From Thermoanaerobaculia bacterium (GTDB lineage Bacteria > Acidobacteriota > Thermoanaerobaculia > UBA5066), in the NCBI GenBank assembly GCA_963816185.1, contig CAWFJJ010000030.1:128001-192000 (forward strand): a stretch of DNA of 64,000 nucleotides, in the 5' to 3' direction. A program made the position numbers and the translations under genes. A model generated the notes under the pieces. The model had not been told where the DNA came from. It worked only from the letters and a program-made list of their open reading frames with translations, and searched no databases. Shown here piece by piece: positions 30,814 through 40,486 of the stretch (position 1 is the stretch's first letter; every line of letters begins with the position of its first letter).

Positions 30814-30850
30814 GGGCCCCGTTCGGACACTCTGGACGGAAGGAGCCCCG

Positions 30851-31300
30851 ATGCGACTCACCTGCTGCCTCCCGGCCCTCGCGGTCTTCCTTCTCCTCTC
30901 CCTCCCGGCGCATGCCGATGAGACAGCGGCGACCACCCCGCCGAAGGAGGCCGCGAAGAAGGCTCCGGCTACGGCGACAGCGAAGCCCGCAGCGGCGACG
31001 GGGTCCTCCTTGACCGTGGCGCGCGATCCCGTCACGGGCGCCCTGCGCCCTCTCACGCCCGAAGAGGCGCGCAAGCTCCTGGGACGACGGCCGCAGGTCG
31101 CGGCCGCGCCCCAGGTCGTCACGCTGCCGGACGGAACCAAAGTGATGACGCTCGGCCCGGATCAAGCCAGCCTCTCCGTTGTGCGGGAGAATCCGGACGG
31201 AACTCTCACGAGCGCTTGCGTCCACGACGCCGATGAAGCACGTGCCTTCCTCGAGGCCGCGCCTCGACCCTCTCCGCCCCCCGCGACCCGCGAGAAGTAG
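30851..31300 (+). CDS. Small secreted protein preceding the PA-domain peptidase
   Basis: AGGAG RBS, signal peptide and ARDPVTGALRPLTPEE motif. Confidence 0.75.
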   Translation: MRLTCCLPALAVFLLLSLPAHADETAATTPPKEAAKKAPATATAKPAAATGSSLTVARDPVTGALRPLTPEEARKLLGRRPQVAAAPQVVTLPDGTKVMTLGPDQASLSVVRENPDGTLTSACVHDADEARAFLEAAPRPSPPPATREK

Positions 31301-31307
31301 GCGAAAA

Positions 31308-33395
31308 ATGACGCGCCGCTTCCTCTTGCCGGCCCTTCTCCTCGCGTCTCTCGCCGCCCGGCCGCTTTTCGCCGGGGCGAACATCGTCATCGTCAACAAC
31401 GATCCGGCCGGCACCGGCCTGAGCGATCCCACCCCGGTCTCGCCCGTCGGCGGAAACGCGGGGACGACTCTCGGCGAACAGCGGCTCAACGTGTTCAAGC
31501 AGGCCGCGGCGATCTGGGGAGGGCTCCTCGCGAGCACCGTCGACATCCGGGTGAGCGCGAGCTTCACTGCTCTCGATTGCACCGCGACGACCGGCGTCCT
31601 GGGCTCGACCTATTCGAACAAGGTCTACTCCGATTTTTCGGGGGCCCCGATCGCAGGGACGTGGTACGCAAAGGCGCTCGCAAACAAGCTTCACGGCTCG
31701 GACCTCGCCCCCGCCTCGTTCGACATGATCGCGCAGTTCAACAGCAAGCTCGGCCAGACGGGCTGCCTGACGGGCACCTCGTTCTATCTCGGCCTCGACA
31801 ACAATCACGGGTCGGACATCAATTTCCTCACGGTGGCCCTGCACGAGTTCGCGCACGGGCTCGGGTTCTTCTCGGGCGTGGATTCGACGGGCGCGCTCCT
31901 CGGCAGCACGTCATCGCAGCCGACGCCGCAGCCGACCATCTTCGACCGCTTCATCTACGACGACACGCTCGGTAAGACGTGGGACAAGCTCACGGACGCC
32001 GAGCGCGCGGCGTCCGAGCTCAACACGGGCAACCTGACGTGGTCGGGGACGGCGGCGAACGCGTTCGCGGGCACGTATCTCGGCAAGAGGCGGCGCCTTC
32101 TCGTGACCGCTGGGGCGGCGTCCGGCTCCTACTCCGTCGGCACCGCCTCCTTCGGGCCGGCGCTCTCAAACCCGGGCGTCACCGGGCAGATCGTCGCGGC
32201 CCTCTACGGATTCGCCACGGACGGGTGCAGCCCGATCACGTCGAATGTCTCCGGCAAGATCGCGCTCATCGACCGCGGAACCTGTAATTTTACAGTCAAG
32301 GCCAAGAACGCCCAGAACGCGGGCGCGATCGGCGCCATCATCGCGGACAACACGACCGAGCCTCTGTTCGGAATGTCCGGCACGGACGCCACGATCACGA
32401 TCCCGTCCATCCTCGTCACCATGAGCGACGGCGCGACTCTCCGCGCGAACCTTCCCGTTTCGGCGAATCTGGGGACCGAAGCGGTGCTCCTTGCAGGCGC
32501 GGATGCGGCCGGTCGGATGCAGCTTTACGCTCCGAACCCATACGAAAGCGGCTCGTCGGTGTCCCACTGGGACACGTCGGCGTTTCCGAACCTCCTCATG
32601 GAGCCGAACATCTCGTCCGACCTGCCGATAGGAGTCGACGCCACGCTTCCCGTGTTCATCGACATCGGCTGGCTCGCCGGCTCGGGCGGCCCGACGTCCA
32701 CGTACATCCTGCCCTCGAGCGCCCACGCCCCCGGCAAGAACGGCGCCTTCTACACGACGGACCTGACGATCGCGAACCGCGGTGCGACGGACGCGAACCT
32801 CACGCTCCAGTTCCTGGGCCACGACCAGGACGGCACCGGGGGGCCGAAGCAGGTCCGTGCGCTCGCGGCGAACAAGGCCGTGACCTATGCCGACGTCCTG
32901 GCCTCGCTCTTCGGGGTCGGCGCCGCGGATCCTCAGAACTACGGCGCGATCCAGATCACGGCCGACTCGGCGTCGCTCAAAGTGGTCAGCCAGACCTCGA
33001 CGCCGACGCCGAGCGGCGTCGGCACCTTCGGTCAGTCCGTTCCGGCCTTGGGCGCGAACGACCTCGTCACGCCCGGTACACCGAAAGCGCTCATCGGCCT
33101 TCGCGATGACGCCGCATTCCGCACGAACGTCGTTCTCGCGAACGCGACGACTTTGAGCGTGGACGTGACGCTCACGCTGCTCGCCGCGGACGGCTCGACT
33201 TTCGGCACGACGACCCGGACGCTGTCCCCGCTCGGGATGACGCAGATCGGCAACGTCGTCACCACGCTCCTCGCGCCCTTCGGCACGACGAACGCGGTTC
33301 TCGTCGTGACGACCGCGACGGCCGGCGCTCAGGTCGCGACGTACGCCGCGGTCATCGACAACAACACGAACGACCCCAGAACGATCCTTCCGTAG
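31308..33395 (+). CDS. Secreted zinc metallopeptidase with PA domain
   Basis: Signal peptide, LHEFAHGLGF, PA domain (IALIDRGTCNF..KAKNAQNAGA), GSSVSHWD and NLLMEP. Confidence 0.88.
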   Translation: MTRRFLLPALLLASLAARPLFAGANIVIVNNDPAGTGLSDPTPVSPVGGNAGTTLGEQRLNVFKQAAAIWGGLLASTVDIRVSASFTALDCTATTGVLGSTYSNKVYSDFSGAPIAGTWYAKALANKLHGSDLAPASFDMIAQFNSKLGQTGCLTGTSFYLGLDNNHGSDINFLTVALHEFAHGLGFFSGVDSTGALLGSTSSQPTPQPTIFDRFIYDDTLGKTWDKLTDAERAASELNTGNLTWSGTAANAFAGTYLGKRRRLLVTAGAASGSYSVGTASFGPALSNPGVTGQIVAALYGFATDGCSPITSNVSGKIALIDRGTCNFTVKAKNAQNAGAIGAIIADNTTEPLFGMSGTDATITIPSILVTMSDGATLRANLPVSANLGTEAVLLAGADAAGRMQLYAPNPYESGSSVSHWDTSAFPNLLMEPNISSDLPIGVDATLPVFIDIGWLAGSGGPTSTYILPSSAHAPGKNGAFYTTDLTIANRGATDANLTLQFLGHDQDGTGGPKQVRALAANKAVTYADVLASLFGVGAADPQNYGAIQITADSASLKVVSQTSTPTPSGVGTFGQSVPALGANDLVTPGTPKALIGLRDDAAFRTNVVLANATTLSVDVTLTLLAADGSTFGTTTRTLSPLGMTQIGNVVTTLLAPFGTTNAVLVVTTATAGAQVATYAAVIDNNTNDPRTILP

Positions 33396-33428
33396 AGAGA
33401 AGCTCGAGACGAAAGTCGCGACACGCAC

Positions 33429-34452
33429 ATGGCCATGACCGTCGGCATCATGGGATTCGGAAGGATCGGACGGAACGTCTTCCGGATCCTCTACAAGAGA
33501 GACGACATCCGCATCGGCGCCGTGAGCGACCTGGGCGACGCGGCGTCCGTCGAGTATCTGCTGAAGTTCGACACTCTCTTCGGCCGCTTCCCGGACGAGC
33601 TCAGCGCGAAGGAAGGACATCTCTACGTCGTGGGGCGCCAGATCGCGCTCCTCGCGGGCCAGGAGAGGGGCGTCATTCCGCCCTGGGGCGACCTCGGCGT
33701 GGACACCGTCATCGAGGCGACCGCCCGCAGGCTTACCCGGGCCGAGCTGGAGAGGCACCTGGCCGCCGGCGCCAGGCGCGTGATCCTGTGCGAGCCGCCG
33801 GTGGACGCGTTGGATCTCACGGTCGTCAACGGCATCAACGACGGCCTCCTCAGGCGCGAGCATCGGATCGTCTCGAGCGCATCCTCCACCGTTCACTGCG
33901 TGGCGCCGCTCGCGAAGATCCTCCTCGACGCGTTCGGCATCAAGAAACTGCTGTTCACGACGATGCACTCCTACACGAACCAGCACCGGCTCGCGGACGT
34001 GCCGGCCGAAGACATGCGCCGCGGCCGGGCTGCGGCCGAGAACATCATCCCGCAGGAATCGCGCTCCCCCGGCATGCTGCAGGAGCTGATCCCCGGGCTT
34101 ACCGGGAAGGTCGTCGGCGCGGCCATGAACGTGCCCGTGCCCGAACGGCTCGGCGGTCGACCTCGTGTGCTGGCACGAGAAGAAAGTGACCGTCACCGCG
34201 ATCAACGAAGTGGTCCGCACGGCCATCGCGGCGAACTGGAAGGGAATCATGGACTACGAGACCGAGCCCATCGTCTCGAGCGACGTGACCCACAGCAGCT
34301 TCTCGTCCACGTTCGACTCGCTGGCCACGATGGTCCTCGGCGAGAACGTCTCCAAGACGCTCTCGTGGTACGACGCGGGCTGGGGCTACGCGCACCGCGC
34401 CGTGGAGCTTCTCGATCGCTTCGCGGCCCTGGACCGGGAGGCCTCCCGATGA
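33429..34452 (+). CDS. GAPDH-like protein lacking the catalytic Cys; +1 frameshift near 34141
   Basis: GIMGFGRIGR, SSASSTVHC. After removing one C it reads VPVPNGSAVDL...SWYDAGWGYAHR to TGA at 34452. Confidence 0.85.
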
Positions 34453-35450
34453 GCCGTATCGCGATCAACGGCTTCGGCCGCATCGGCCGGACCGTCTACC
34501 GCATCCTCAGCGACCGGAAGGACATCGAGGTCGTCGCCATCAACGACCTCTTCGACAACGACCAGCTCGCCTACCTCCTGAAGTACGACACGGTGATGGG
34601 CGTCTTCGAGAAAGACGTGCGCGTCGACGGTGAGGTCATGACGGTGGACGGCCGGCGCGTCCTCATGACGGCGGAGAAGGACCCGGCGAAGCTCGCCTGG
34701 GGAAAGCTGGGCGTGGACGTCGTCGTGGAGGCCACGGGCAAGCTCGTCACGCGCGAGAAGCTGCAGAAGCACCTGGACGCGGGAGCGAAAAGGGTCGTCC
34801 TGACGGTCCCGCCGAAGGACGAGATCGACGCGATGGTCGTCGTGGGCGTGAACGACGACGCGCTCCGCAAGGAGCACCGCATCGTCTCGAACGCCTCCTG
34901 CACGACGAATTGCCTCGCGCCGATCGCGAAGATCCTGGACGAGGCCTTCGGCATCCAGGACGGCTTCATGACGACGGTTCACGCCTACACGAACGACCAG
35001 CGCCTCGCGGACGTGGCGCACAAGGATCTCCGCCGCGCGCGGGCGGCTGCGGAGAACATCATCCCGACGACGACGGGCGCCGCCCGTGCCGTCGGAAAAG
35101 TCCTGCCGCGGCTGAAGGGAAAGCTGGACGGCACCGCGATCCGGGTGCCGGTGCCGGACGGCTCGATCGTCGACCTCTCGTTAAGGCTCTTGAAGAAGCC
35201 GTCGGTCCTGGACGTCAACGCGGCCGTCAAGGCCGCGGCCGACGGGCCGATGAAGCGGATCGTGGAGTACAGCGAGGTACCGCTCGTCTCCTCCGACATC
35301 ATCGGCAATCCGCACTCCTCGATCTTCGACGCCCTCTCGACCCGGACCGACGGCGACGGATGGCTCAAGGTCGTGGCCTGGTACGACAACGAGTGGGGCT
35401 ACTCGAACCGCGTCGTGGACCTCATCGACCGGCTGGTCGCGCTGGGCTGA
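34449..35450 (+). CDS. gap: Type I glyceraldehyde-3-phosphate dehydrogenase
   Basis: MSRIAINGFGRIGR, SNASCTTNCLAP and WYDNEWGYSNR. GGAGG RBS and ATGA overlap with the upstream paralogue. Confidence 0.96.
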   Translation: MSRIAINGFGRIGRTVYRILSDRKDIEVVAINDLFDNDQLAYLLKYDTVMGVFEKDVRVDGEVMTVDGRRVLMTAEKDPAKLAWGKLGVDVVVEATGKLVTREKLQKHLDAGAKRVVLTVPPKDEIDAMVVVGVNDDALRKEHRIVSNASCTTNCLAPIAKILDEAFGIQDGFMTTVHAYTNDQRLADVAHKDLRRARAAAENIIPTTTGAARAVGKVLPRLKGKLDGTAIRVPVPDGSIVDLSLRLLKKPSVLDVNAAVKAAADGPMKRIVEYSEVPLVSSDIIGNPHSSIFDALSTRTDGDGWLKVVAWYDNEWGYSNRVVDLIDRLVALG

Positions 35451-35482
35451 GCATTCCTCCGGTGTTCGGGGCTTCGCAGGCG

Positions 35483-36531
35483 TCAGCGGCCAGAAGCGAT
35501 TTCTTCGAAAGCCGAGAGCGCGCGGTCGACGTCCGCGTCGCCGACGTCGGCGTGCGTGACCATGCGGATGGAGTCCAAGCGCCTGCGGCTCCCGCGAGGA
35601 CACCACGCGATCGAAGCTTCGCCACGACCCCGGCCGGGTCGCCCCATTCACCTTCCAAGAAGAAGAACAGAATGTTCGTCTCGACGTCCGCAGGATCGAT
35701 CCGAAGTCCGCGAATCCCCGCGAGTCCCTCCGCGAGCTTCTTCGCCCGAACATGGTCCTCGGGCAGGCGCGAACGCTCGTCCTCCAGCGCCACGAGCGCT
35801 GCCGCCGCGATGACGCCGACCTGGCGCATTCCGCCCCCGAAGAGCTTGCGGACGCGACGCGCCTCGGCGACGAAGGCCTTCGAGCCCGCCACGGCGCTAC
35901 CCACGGGCGCGCGCAGGCCCTTCGAGAAGCACGTCATGACGGAGTCGAAGCCTTCCGCGAGGGACGCCTCGGAGACGCCGAGCGCTGCCGCCGCGTTCCA
36001 CAGGCGGGCGCCGTCGAGGTGCGTCGCGAGGCCCTTCTCCTTCGCGAGGGCGAGGAGCGGGTCGACGACCGAGCGCGGGAGGACGGCGCCGCCGGCGAAG
36101 TTGTGCGTGTTCTCGAGGGCGAGAACGGACGTGCGCGGCAGGTAGTAGACCGTGTCGGGCCTGATCCACGCCGCGACCTGCTCTCTCGTCATCCGGCCGC
36201 GCGCCGCGTCGACGGGGCGCGGCAGGAGGCCCGAGAGCGCGGCCATGCCCGCCATCTCGTAGTGGAAGATGTGGCTCTTTCCCTCGAGGATGACTTCCGT
36301 GCCCGAGCGAGCGTGCACCCGCAGGGAAAGCTGGTTGCCCATGGAGCCGCTCGGGACGAAGAGAGCCGCCTCCTTGCCGAGAACCTCGGCCGTCCTCTCC
36401 TCGAGGCGCCGGACGGTCGGGTCCTCGCCATAGACGTCGTCGCCGACCTCCGCCTCGGCCATGGCGCGCCGCATTTTCGGGGTCGGCTTCGTGACGGTGT
36501 CGGAGCGAAAGTCGGAAACGGGGTCCGTCAT
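35483..36531 (-). CDS. ltaE: Low-specificity L-threonine aldolase; frameshift near 35580
   Basis: DFRSDTVT, HLDGARLWNA and CFSKGL.APVGS. The alternative frame gives IRMVTHADV...EEIASGR stop at 35483. Confidence 0.9.
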
Positions 36532-36539
36532 GCCCTCGA

Positions 36540-37082
36540 TCATCCCAGAACGAGCGCGGCGAGTGCCAGAAGGAAGCCGAAGAGATCGAGGCGGGCCGCC
36601 CGGCGCCGCGCGGCATCGGCGCGACTCACCCACGGCGGTCGAAGATTCTCTTCGAAGGTCAATGATTTTTCGCGGTAGTAGCGCTCCCGAGGAAGCACGA
36701 CCATTACGGCGGAGACGAGAGCCGCGAGCAGCAAGAAGATCGCCACCGCCCGCCACACGTGGCGCGGCGGGAGGCTCGAGCCGAGGACCTGCGTCTCCAG
36801 CAGCACCCCCACGAGAAGCGCGCCCGCCGCGACGAACTTCGCCTTCGCGAGCTGCTCCCTTTCTTCGTCTTCCCCTTCTAAGAGAATCCCCAGCGCCGAG
36901 GCCCGGTGCGCACCCGCTTTCTCGCTCCCGTCCCGCTCAGCCGTTCCCTCTCCTTCTTCTCTTTCTAAGAGAATCTTCTTCTTTCTTCTGACAAGAAGAG
37001 CCAGAGGAACCCCGATGAAGACCGCGAGCCCCAGCCCGATCAGGACGCGCGACGCCTCGAGGAGAAAGTCCGGCAGCGACAT
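36540..37082 (-). CDS. Hypothetical membrane protein
   Basis: About four hydrophobic segments. TACACT -10 lies 7 nt before the ATG. Confidence 0.7.
   Translation of the reverse strand: MSLPDFLLEASRVLIGLGLAVFIGVPLALLVRRKKKILLEREEGEGTAERDGSEKAGAHRASALGILLEGEDEEREQLAKAKFVAAGALLVGVLLETQVLGSSLPPRHVWRAVAIFLLLAALVSAVMVVLPRERYYREKSLTFEENLRPPWVSRADAARRRAARLDLFGFLLALAALVLG
36872..36977. repeat. Two same-orientation arms of the dispersed element inside a CDS
   Basis: CCCCTTCTAAGAGAATC (36872) and CTTTCTAAGAGAATCTT (36961). Confidence 0.6.
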
Positions 37083-37114
37083 TCGGGCGAGTGTAGCGGG
37101 ATAATCGGCGCCAG

Positions 37115-37777
37115 ATGGGCCTGTATCTCATCGAGACCTTCCCGGTCGGGCCGCTCCAGTGCAACTGCGCGATCGTGGCGGACCCGGCGACCCGCGAGGC
37201 TGTCGTGATCGATCCCGGGGACGAGCCCGACCGCATTCTCGAGGCGCTTGCCGGGGCCGGCCTGCGGGCGGTCGCGCTCGTCCACACACACGCGCACTTC
37301 GACCACGCGGGCTGCTCGGCGCTGCTCAAACGCATCACGGGCGCACCGATCCTCATGCACGCGGGCGACCGGCCGCTTTACCAGAATCTCACCGTGCAGG
37401 GCCAGACTTTCGGACTGTCATTGGACGCGCCCGGCATCATCGACCGGACTCTCGAGGGCGGGGACCGGGTCGCCTGCGGCAAGGGAGGGCTCGAGGTCAT
37501 CCACACGCCGGGCCACACGCCGGGCAGCCTCTCCTTCCGGATGACCAGCGAGAACGGCGACGTGCTCTTCTCGGGCGACACCCTCTTTCGGCGTTCGATC
37601 GGGCGTACGGACTTGTGGGGCGGCTCGACCCCCCAGATCCTGGAGTCGATCCGCGACCGGCTCCTGACCCTGCCCGGAGGCCTTCGCGTCATTCCGGGAC
37701 ATGGCGACGAGACGACCATCGCCGACGAGGGAAGGAAGAACCCCTTCGTGGGAGACCCGAATTACCGCCCTCTATAA
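37115..37777 (+). CDS. MBL-fold metallohydrolase (glyoxalase II-like)
   Basis: HTHAHFDH, HTPGHTPG, FSGDTLF and PGHG. Confidence 0.93.
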   Translation: MGLYLIETFPVGPLQCNCAIVADPATREAVVIDPGDEPDRILEALAGAGLRAVALVHTHAHFDHAGCSALLKRITGAPILMHAGDRPLYQNLTVQGQTFGLSLDAPGIIDRTLEGGDRVACGKGGLEVIHTPGHTPGSLSFRMTSENGDVLFSGDTLFRRSIGRTDLWGGSTPQILESIRDRLLTLPGGLRVIPGHGDETTIADEGRKNPFVGDPNYRPL

Positions 37778-37786
37778 TCCCGGCCG

Positions 37787-38452
37787 ATGAAGCTGACGTT
37801 CGAGCAAAGCGCGGCGCTCCTCCACAAGTTCTGGTCCGGCCAGAGTGTCCCGTCCCCGAAGACCGGCCGCCCGATGCGAGCTTTCTTCGTGGATCGCAGC
37901 TTCAACCCGCAGGTCGTCATGATCGGCGGAAAGGGCGAGCATCTTCGTTTCGACCAGAAACCGCGGCAGATCGTCTTCTCGGACGGGCACCTCAAGTCCA
38001 TGGTGCGCGACGCCAAGGAGCGCGAGAACCCCGTCTGCCCGCAGGACTTCGAGCCGCTCATCGTCAAGCGCACGCCCGCCGTGCGCTTCCCGAACGAGTG
38101 GGACTGGAAGTTCCAGTGTCCGAGGTGCTATTCGTTCGGGAGCTGGGAGTACACCGACAAGAAAGACGACGTGGTCGCGAAGCCCGCCGTCCGGAAAGAC
38201 GCGCCCGCGTTCCACGACGAGACCATCCCGCTCCCGAAACGCATGGAGATGGCGAAGGCGGGCGACCTCGCGCTGAAGCTCTACGCGGCGATGGCGCAGA
38301 CCGACTGCACGGCCTGCGGCTACGACTGCGAGGGTTACGCGAAAGCCATTGCGACCGGCAAGGAGAAAGACCTCACGCTCTGCGTCCCGGGCATGCAGGA
38401 GACGGAGGACGTCGTCAAGAAGCTCGTCGCCGGCACCTACGTTTTCGCCTGA
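37787..38452 (+). CDS. Protein with a C-terminal putative Fe-S cluster domain and Zn-ribbon-like Cys pairs
   Basis: DCTACGYDCEGYAKAI...LCVPG resembles the RnfB/CdhE N-terminal FeS domain. CPQD and CPRC lie upstream. Confidence 0.75.
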   Translation: MKLTFEQSAALLHKFWSGQSVPSPKTGRPMRAFFVDRSFNPQVVMIGGKGEHLRFDQKPRQIVFSDGHLKSMVRDAKERENPVCPQDFEPLIVKRTPAVRFPNEWDWKFQCPRCYSFGSWEYTDKKDDVVAKPAVRKDAPAFHDETIPLPKRMEMAKAGDLALKLYAAMAQTDCTACGYDCEGYAKAIATGKEKDLTLCVPGMQETEDVVKKLVAGTYVFA

Positions 38453-38676
38453 GCCTCCGCGAGCATCGCCTCGATCACGGGCCGGCAGCGCTCGCCCGCG
38501 CACTCCCCCGTCGTGCAGCCCGTCGTGCGCGCCACGTCCTCGATCGTCCGCGCCCCGCGGTCGATCGCCTCTTTCACGCGCGGATACCGGATCGTGTTGC
38601 AGATGCACACGGGCCGGAATTTCAGCAGCATGAGCTGGCGTTTCTCTTCGGTGGTCAGTGGTCGGGCTGCGGACAT
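38437..38676 (-). CDS. BFD-like [2Fe-2S]-binding protein
   Basis: VCICNTI...AIDRGARTIEDV...TGCTTGECAGERCRPVI. Confidence 0.82.
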   Translation of the reverse strand: MSAARPLTTEEKRQLMLLKFRPVCICNTIRYPRVKEAIDRGARTIEDVARTTGCTTGECAGERCRPVIEAMLAEAQAKT

Positions 38677-38705
38677 GCGATTAAGGATTTCTAGAAAGAT
38701 TTTCG

Positions 38706-38807
38706 GATGAAGATTTTCTTAGAAGGGTGTGTGTGGCCGGGGCCTCGAGAAGAGCTGCGGCCGCACAGAACTGGGAACGCTCGACCACCTTCTAAGAAAT
38801 CTTCGTC
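38706..38807. repeat. Bipartite inverted-arm element, copy E4
   Basis: GATGAAGATTTTCTTAGAAGGGTG ... CACCTTCTAAGAAATCTTCGTC. About 22 bp near-perfect inverted arms. Confidence 0.85.
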
Positions 38808-38828
38808 TTTCTCCCCTCTCCCTCTTCC

Positions 38829-39341
38829 TCAAAAATCCACCGTGTAGCGGATCGACGCGCGGTCGCGCACACGGTCGAGGTAGACGACGCCGTCGAGGTG
38901 GTCGCTTTCGTGGAGGACGACGCGCGCGTGGAAGTCGTCCGCGACGAAGGTGACGGGTTTCCCGGACGTATCCAGCGCAGTCACGCGAATGCTCTTCGGG
39001 CGCGGGACCTTCGCCGCGAGAAACGGCACGGAGAGGCAGGCCTCGAAATCCTCGTCTTCCGTCTTGTCGAGCACCTCGAACGTGGGGTTCACGAGGAGCG
39101 TGGGCGCGACCTCGAGGACGTCCTTGCCGCGTTTCTCGCCGTGGACTTCGTAGAGCACCACGCGGAGGCCCGTCGACACCTGCGGCGCGGCGAGACCCGT
39201 ACCGTGGTACTCGACCATCGTCTCCATCATGTCCTCGAAGAAAGCCCGGAACCGGCCCTTCTTGAGGTCGTGCGCCTCGATTTCCGACGCGCGTTTTCTG
39301 AGGATCGGCGAGCCGAGCTTGGCGACTTTCAGAATGGCCAC
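38829..39341 (-). CDS. def: Peptide deformylase
   Basis: GTGLAAPQV, EACLSV and HESDHLDG. Confidence 0.95.
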   Translation of the reverse strand: MAILKVAKLGSPILRKRASEIEAHDLKKGRFRAFFEDMMETMVEYHGTGLAAPQVSTGLRVVLYEVHGEKRGKDVLEVAPTLLVNPTFEVLDKTEDEDFEACLSVPFLAAKVPRPKSIRVTALDTSGKPVTFVADDFHARVVLHESDHLDGVVYLDRVRDRASIRYTVDF

Positions 39342-39400
39342 GTGATCTCCCGGGAGCGGTGCTCCGCCCGCGCATTGTAGGGGGCCTTAGAATCCGTCCC

Positions 39401-40327
39401 ATCCGATACGTCTTTCTCTTCAATCCCGCGGCCGGGAAGGGACGGGTGATGCGCGATCGCGACCGCATTCGCTCCGTTCTCGATGCCGCCGGCCTCAAGG
39501 GAGACTTCCTCGACACGGAGCGCCCCGGCCACGCCGCCGACCTCGCCGAAGCGGCCGGGAATCCCGGAGCCGACGTCGTCGTGGCGATCGGCGGCGATGG
39601 CACGGTGAACGAGACCGTGAACGGCCTCATGCGGCTCCCCGAGGCGAGGCGCCCGGCCCTTGGCCTCATGCCCGACGGAACCGGAAACGATTACGGGTTC
39701 GCGCTCGGCCTCAGGCCGGGAGACCTCGCTGACGCCTCGCGCGTCCTCGCCGAAGGCAAGACGCGCGTCCTCGACGTGGGAGAGGTCAACGGGCGCTTCT
39801 TCGCCAACAGCGTCGGTCTCGGGTTCGACGGCGCCGTAGCCGAGGCCGCCTCGAAGGTGCGCTATCTCAAGGGATTTCCGGCTTACCTGTGGTCCGTGTT
39901 CACGGTCCTGAAAGACTGGGCCAACTTCGAGCTCACTCTGACGGCGGACGGGAGAGTTCTCGAGGGCAAAGCGTTCCTTGCGGCGGTCGCGAATGGACCG
40001 CGCAGCGGGGGCGGCTTCCTCCTCGCGCCCGCCGCACGGCCCGACGACGGCCTCTTCGACGTGTGCCGCCTTGGCAACCTTGGCAAGCTCGAGGCGCTGC
40101 GACATCTGCCGAAGGCGCTCGACGGCTCGCACGTGGGCCTGCCGTGGGTCACGATCGTCCGCGCCCGCGAGGTCATCCTGGCCTCGGACCGGCCTCTCAC
40201 GGCGCACGTCGACGGCAACCTCGTCTTTTCGGCGGGACACCCCGACCCGCTCGTCTTCCGAATGCATCCCAAAGCGCTGCGCGTTGTCGGAAACTGGAAA
40301 GAGGATGGTGCCCAGGGGCGGAATTGA
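39401..40327 (+). CDS. Diacylglycerol/lipid kinase family protein (start uncertain)
   Basis: FNPAAGKG, GGDGTVNE, GTGNDY, DDGLFDV and HVDGN. Confidence 0.9.
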   Translation: MRYVFLFNPAAGKGRVMRDRDRIRSVLDAAGLKGDFLDTERPGHAADLAEAAGNPGADVVVAIGGDGTVNETVNGLMRLPEARRPALGLMPDGTGNDYGFALGLRPGDLADASRVLAEGKTRVLDVGEVNGRFFANSVGLGFDGAVAEAASKVRYLKGFPAYLWSVFTVLKDWANFELTLTADGRVLEGKAFLAAVANGPRSGGGFLLAPAARPDDGLFDVCRLGNLGKLEALRHLPKALDGSHVGLPWVTIVRAREVILASDRPLTAHVDGNLVFSAGHPDPLVFRMHPKALRVVGNWKEDGAQGRN

Positions 40328-40381
40328 ACCGTCGACACCGCGCTTTTCAGGCGCGTGCTCTACCAACTGAGCTACCTGGGC
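40306..40381 (-). tRNA. tRNA-Phe(GAA)
   Basis: GCCCAGGTAGCTCAGTTGGTAGAGCACGCGCCTGAAAAGCGCG...GGTTCAATTCC...TGGGCACCA. Confidence 0.95.
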
Positions 40382-40486
40382 TGGCCGCGCGACCATCGCA
40401 CCCCGGGCACGTCCCTTGCGAAGAGGCAGGCCGCGAAGCGCCTGCGGGTTATAAGTGGCGCGCCTAGAATAGTCAACCGAAAGGGA

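Noticed and set aside
33429-35450. 673-aa double-GAPDH fusion ORF
   Set aside because: It results from a +1 indel near 34141. The first gene's true C-terminus is in another frame and stops at 34452, and the second gene has its own RBS and ATG.
35499-35665. Degenerate arm-like matches in the ltaE 3' region
   Set aside because: They are mismatched, about 150 bp apart and explicable by coding sequence, so they were not counted as an element.
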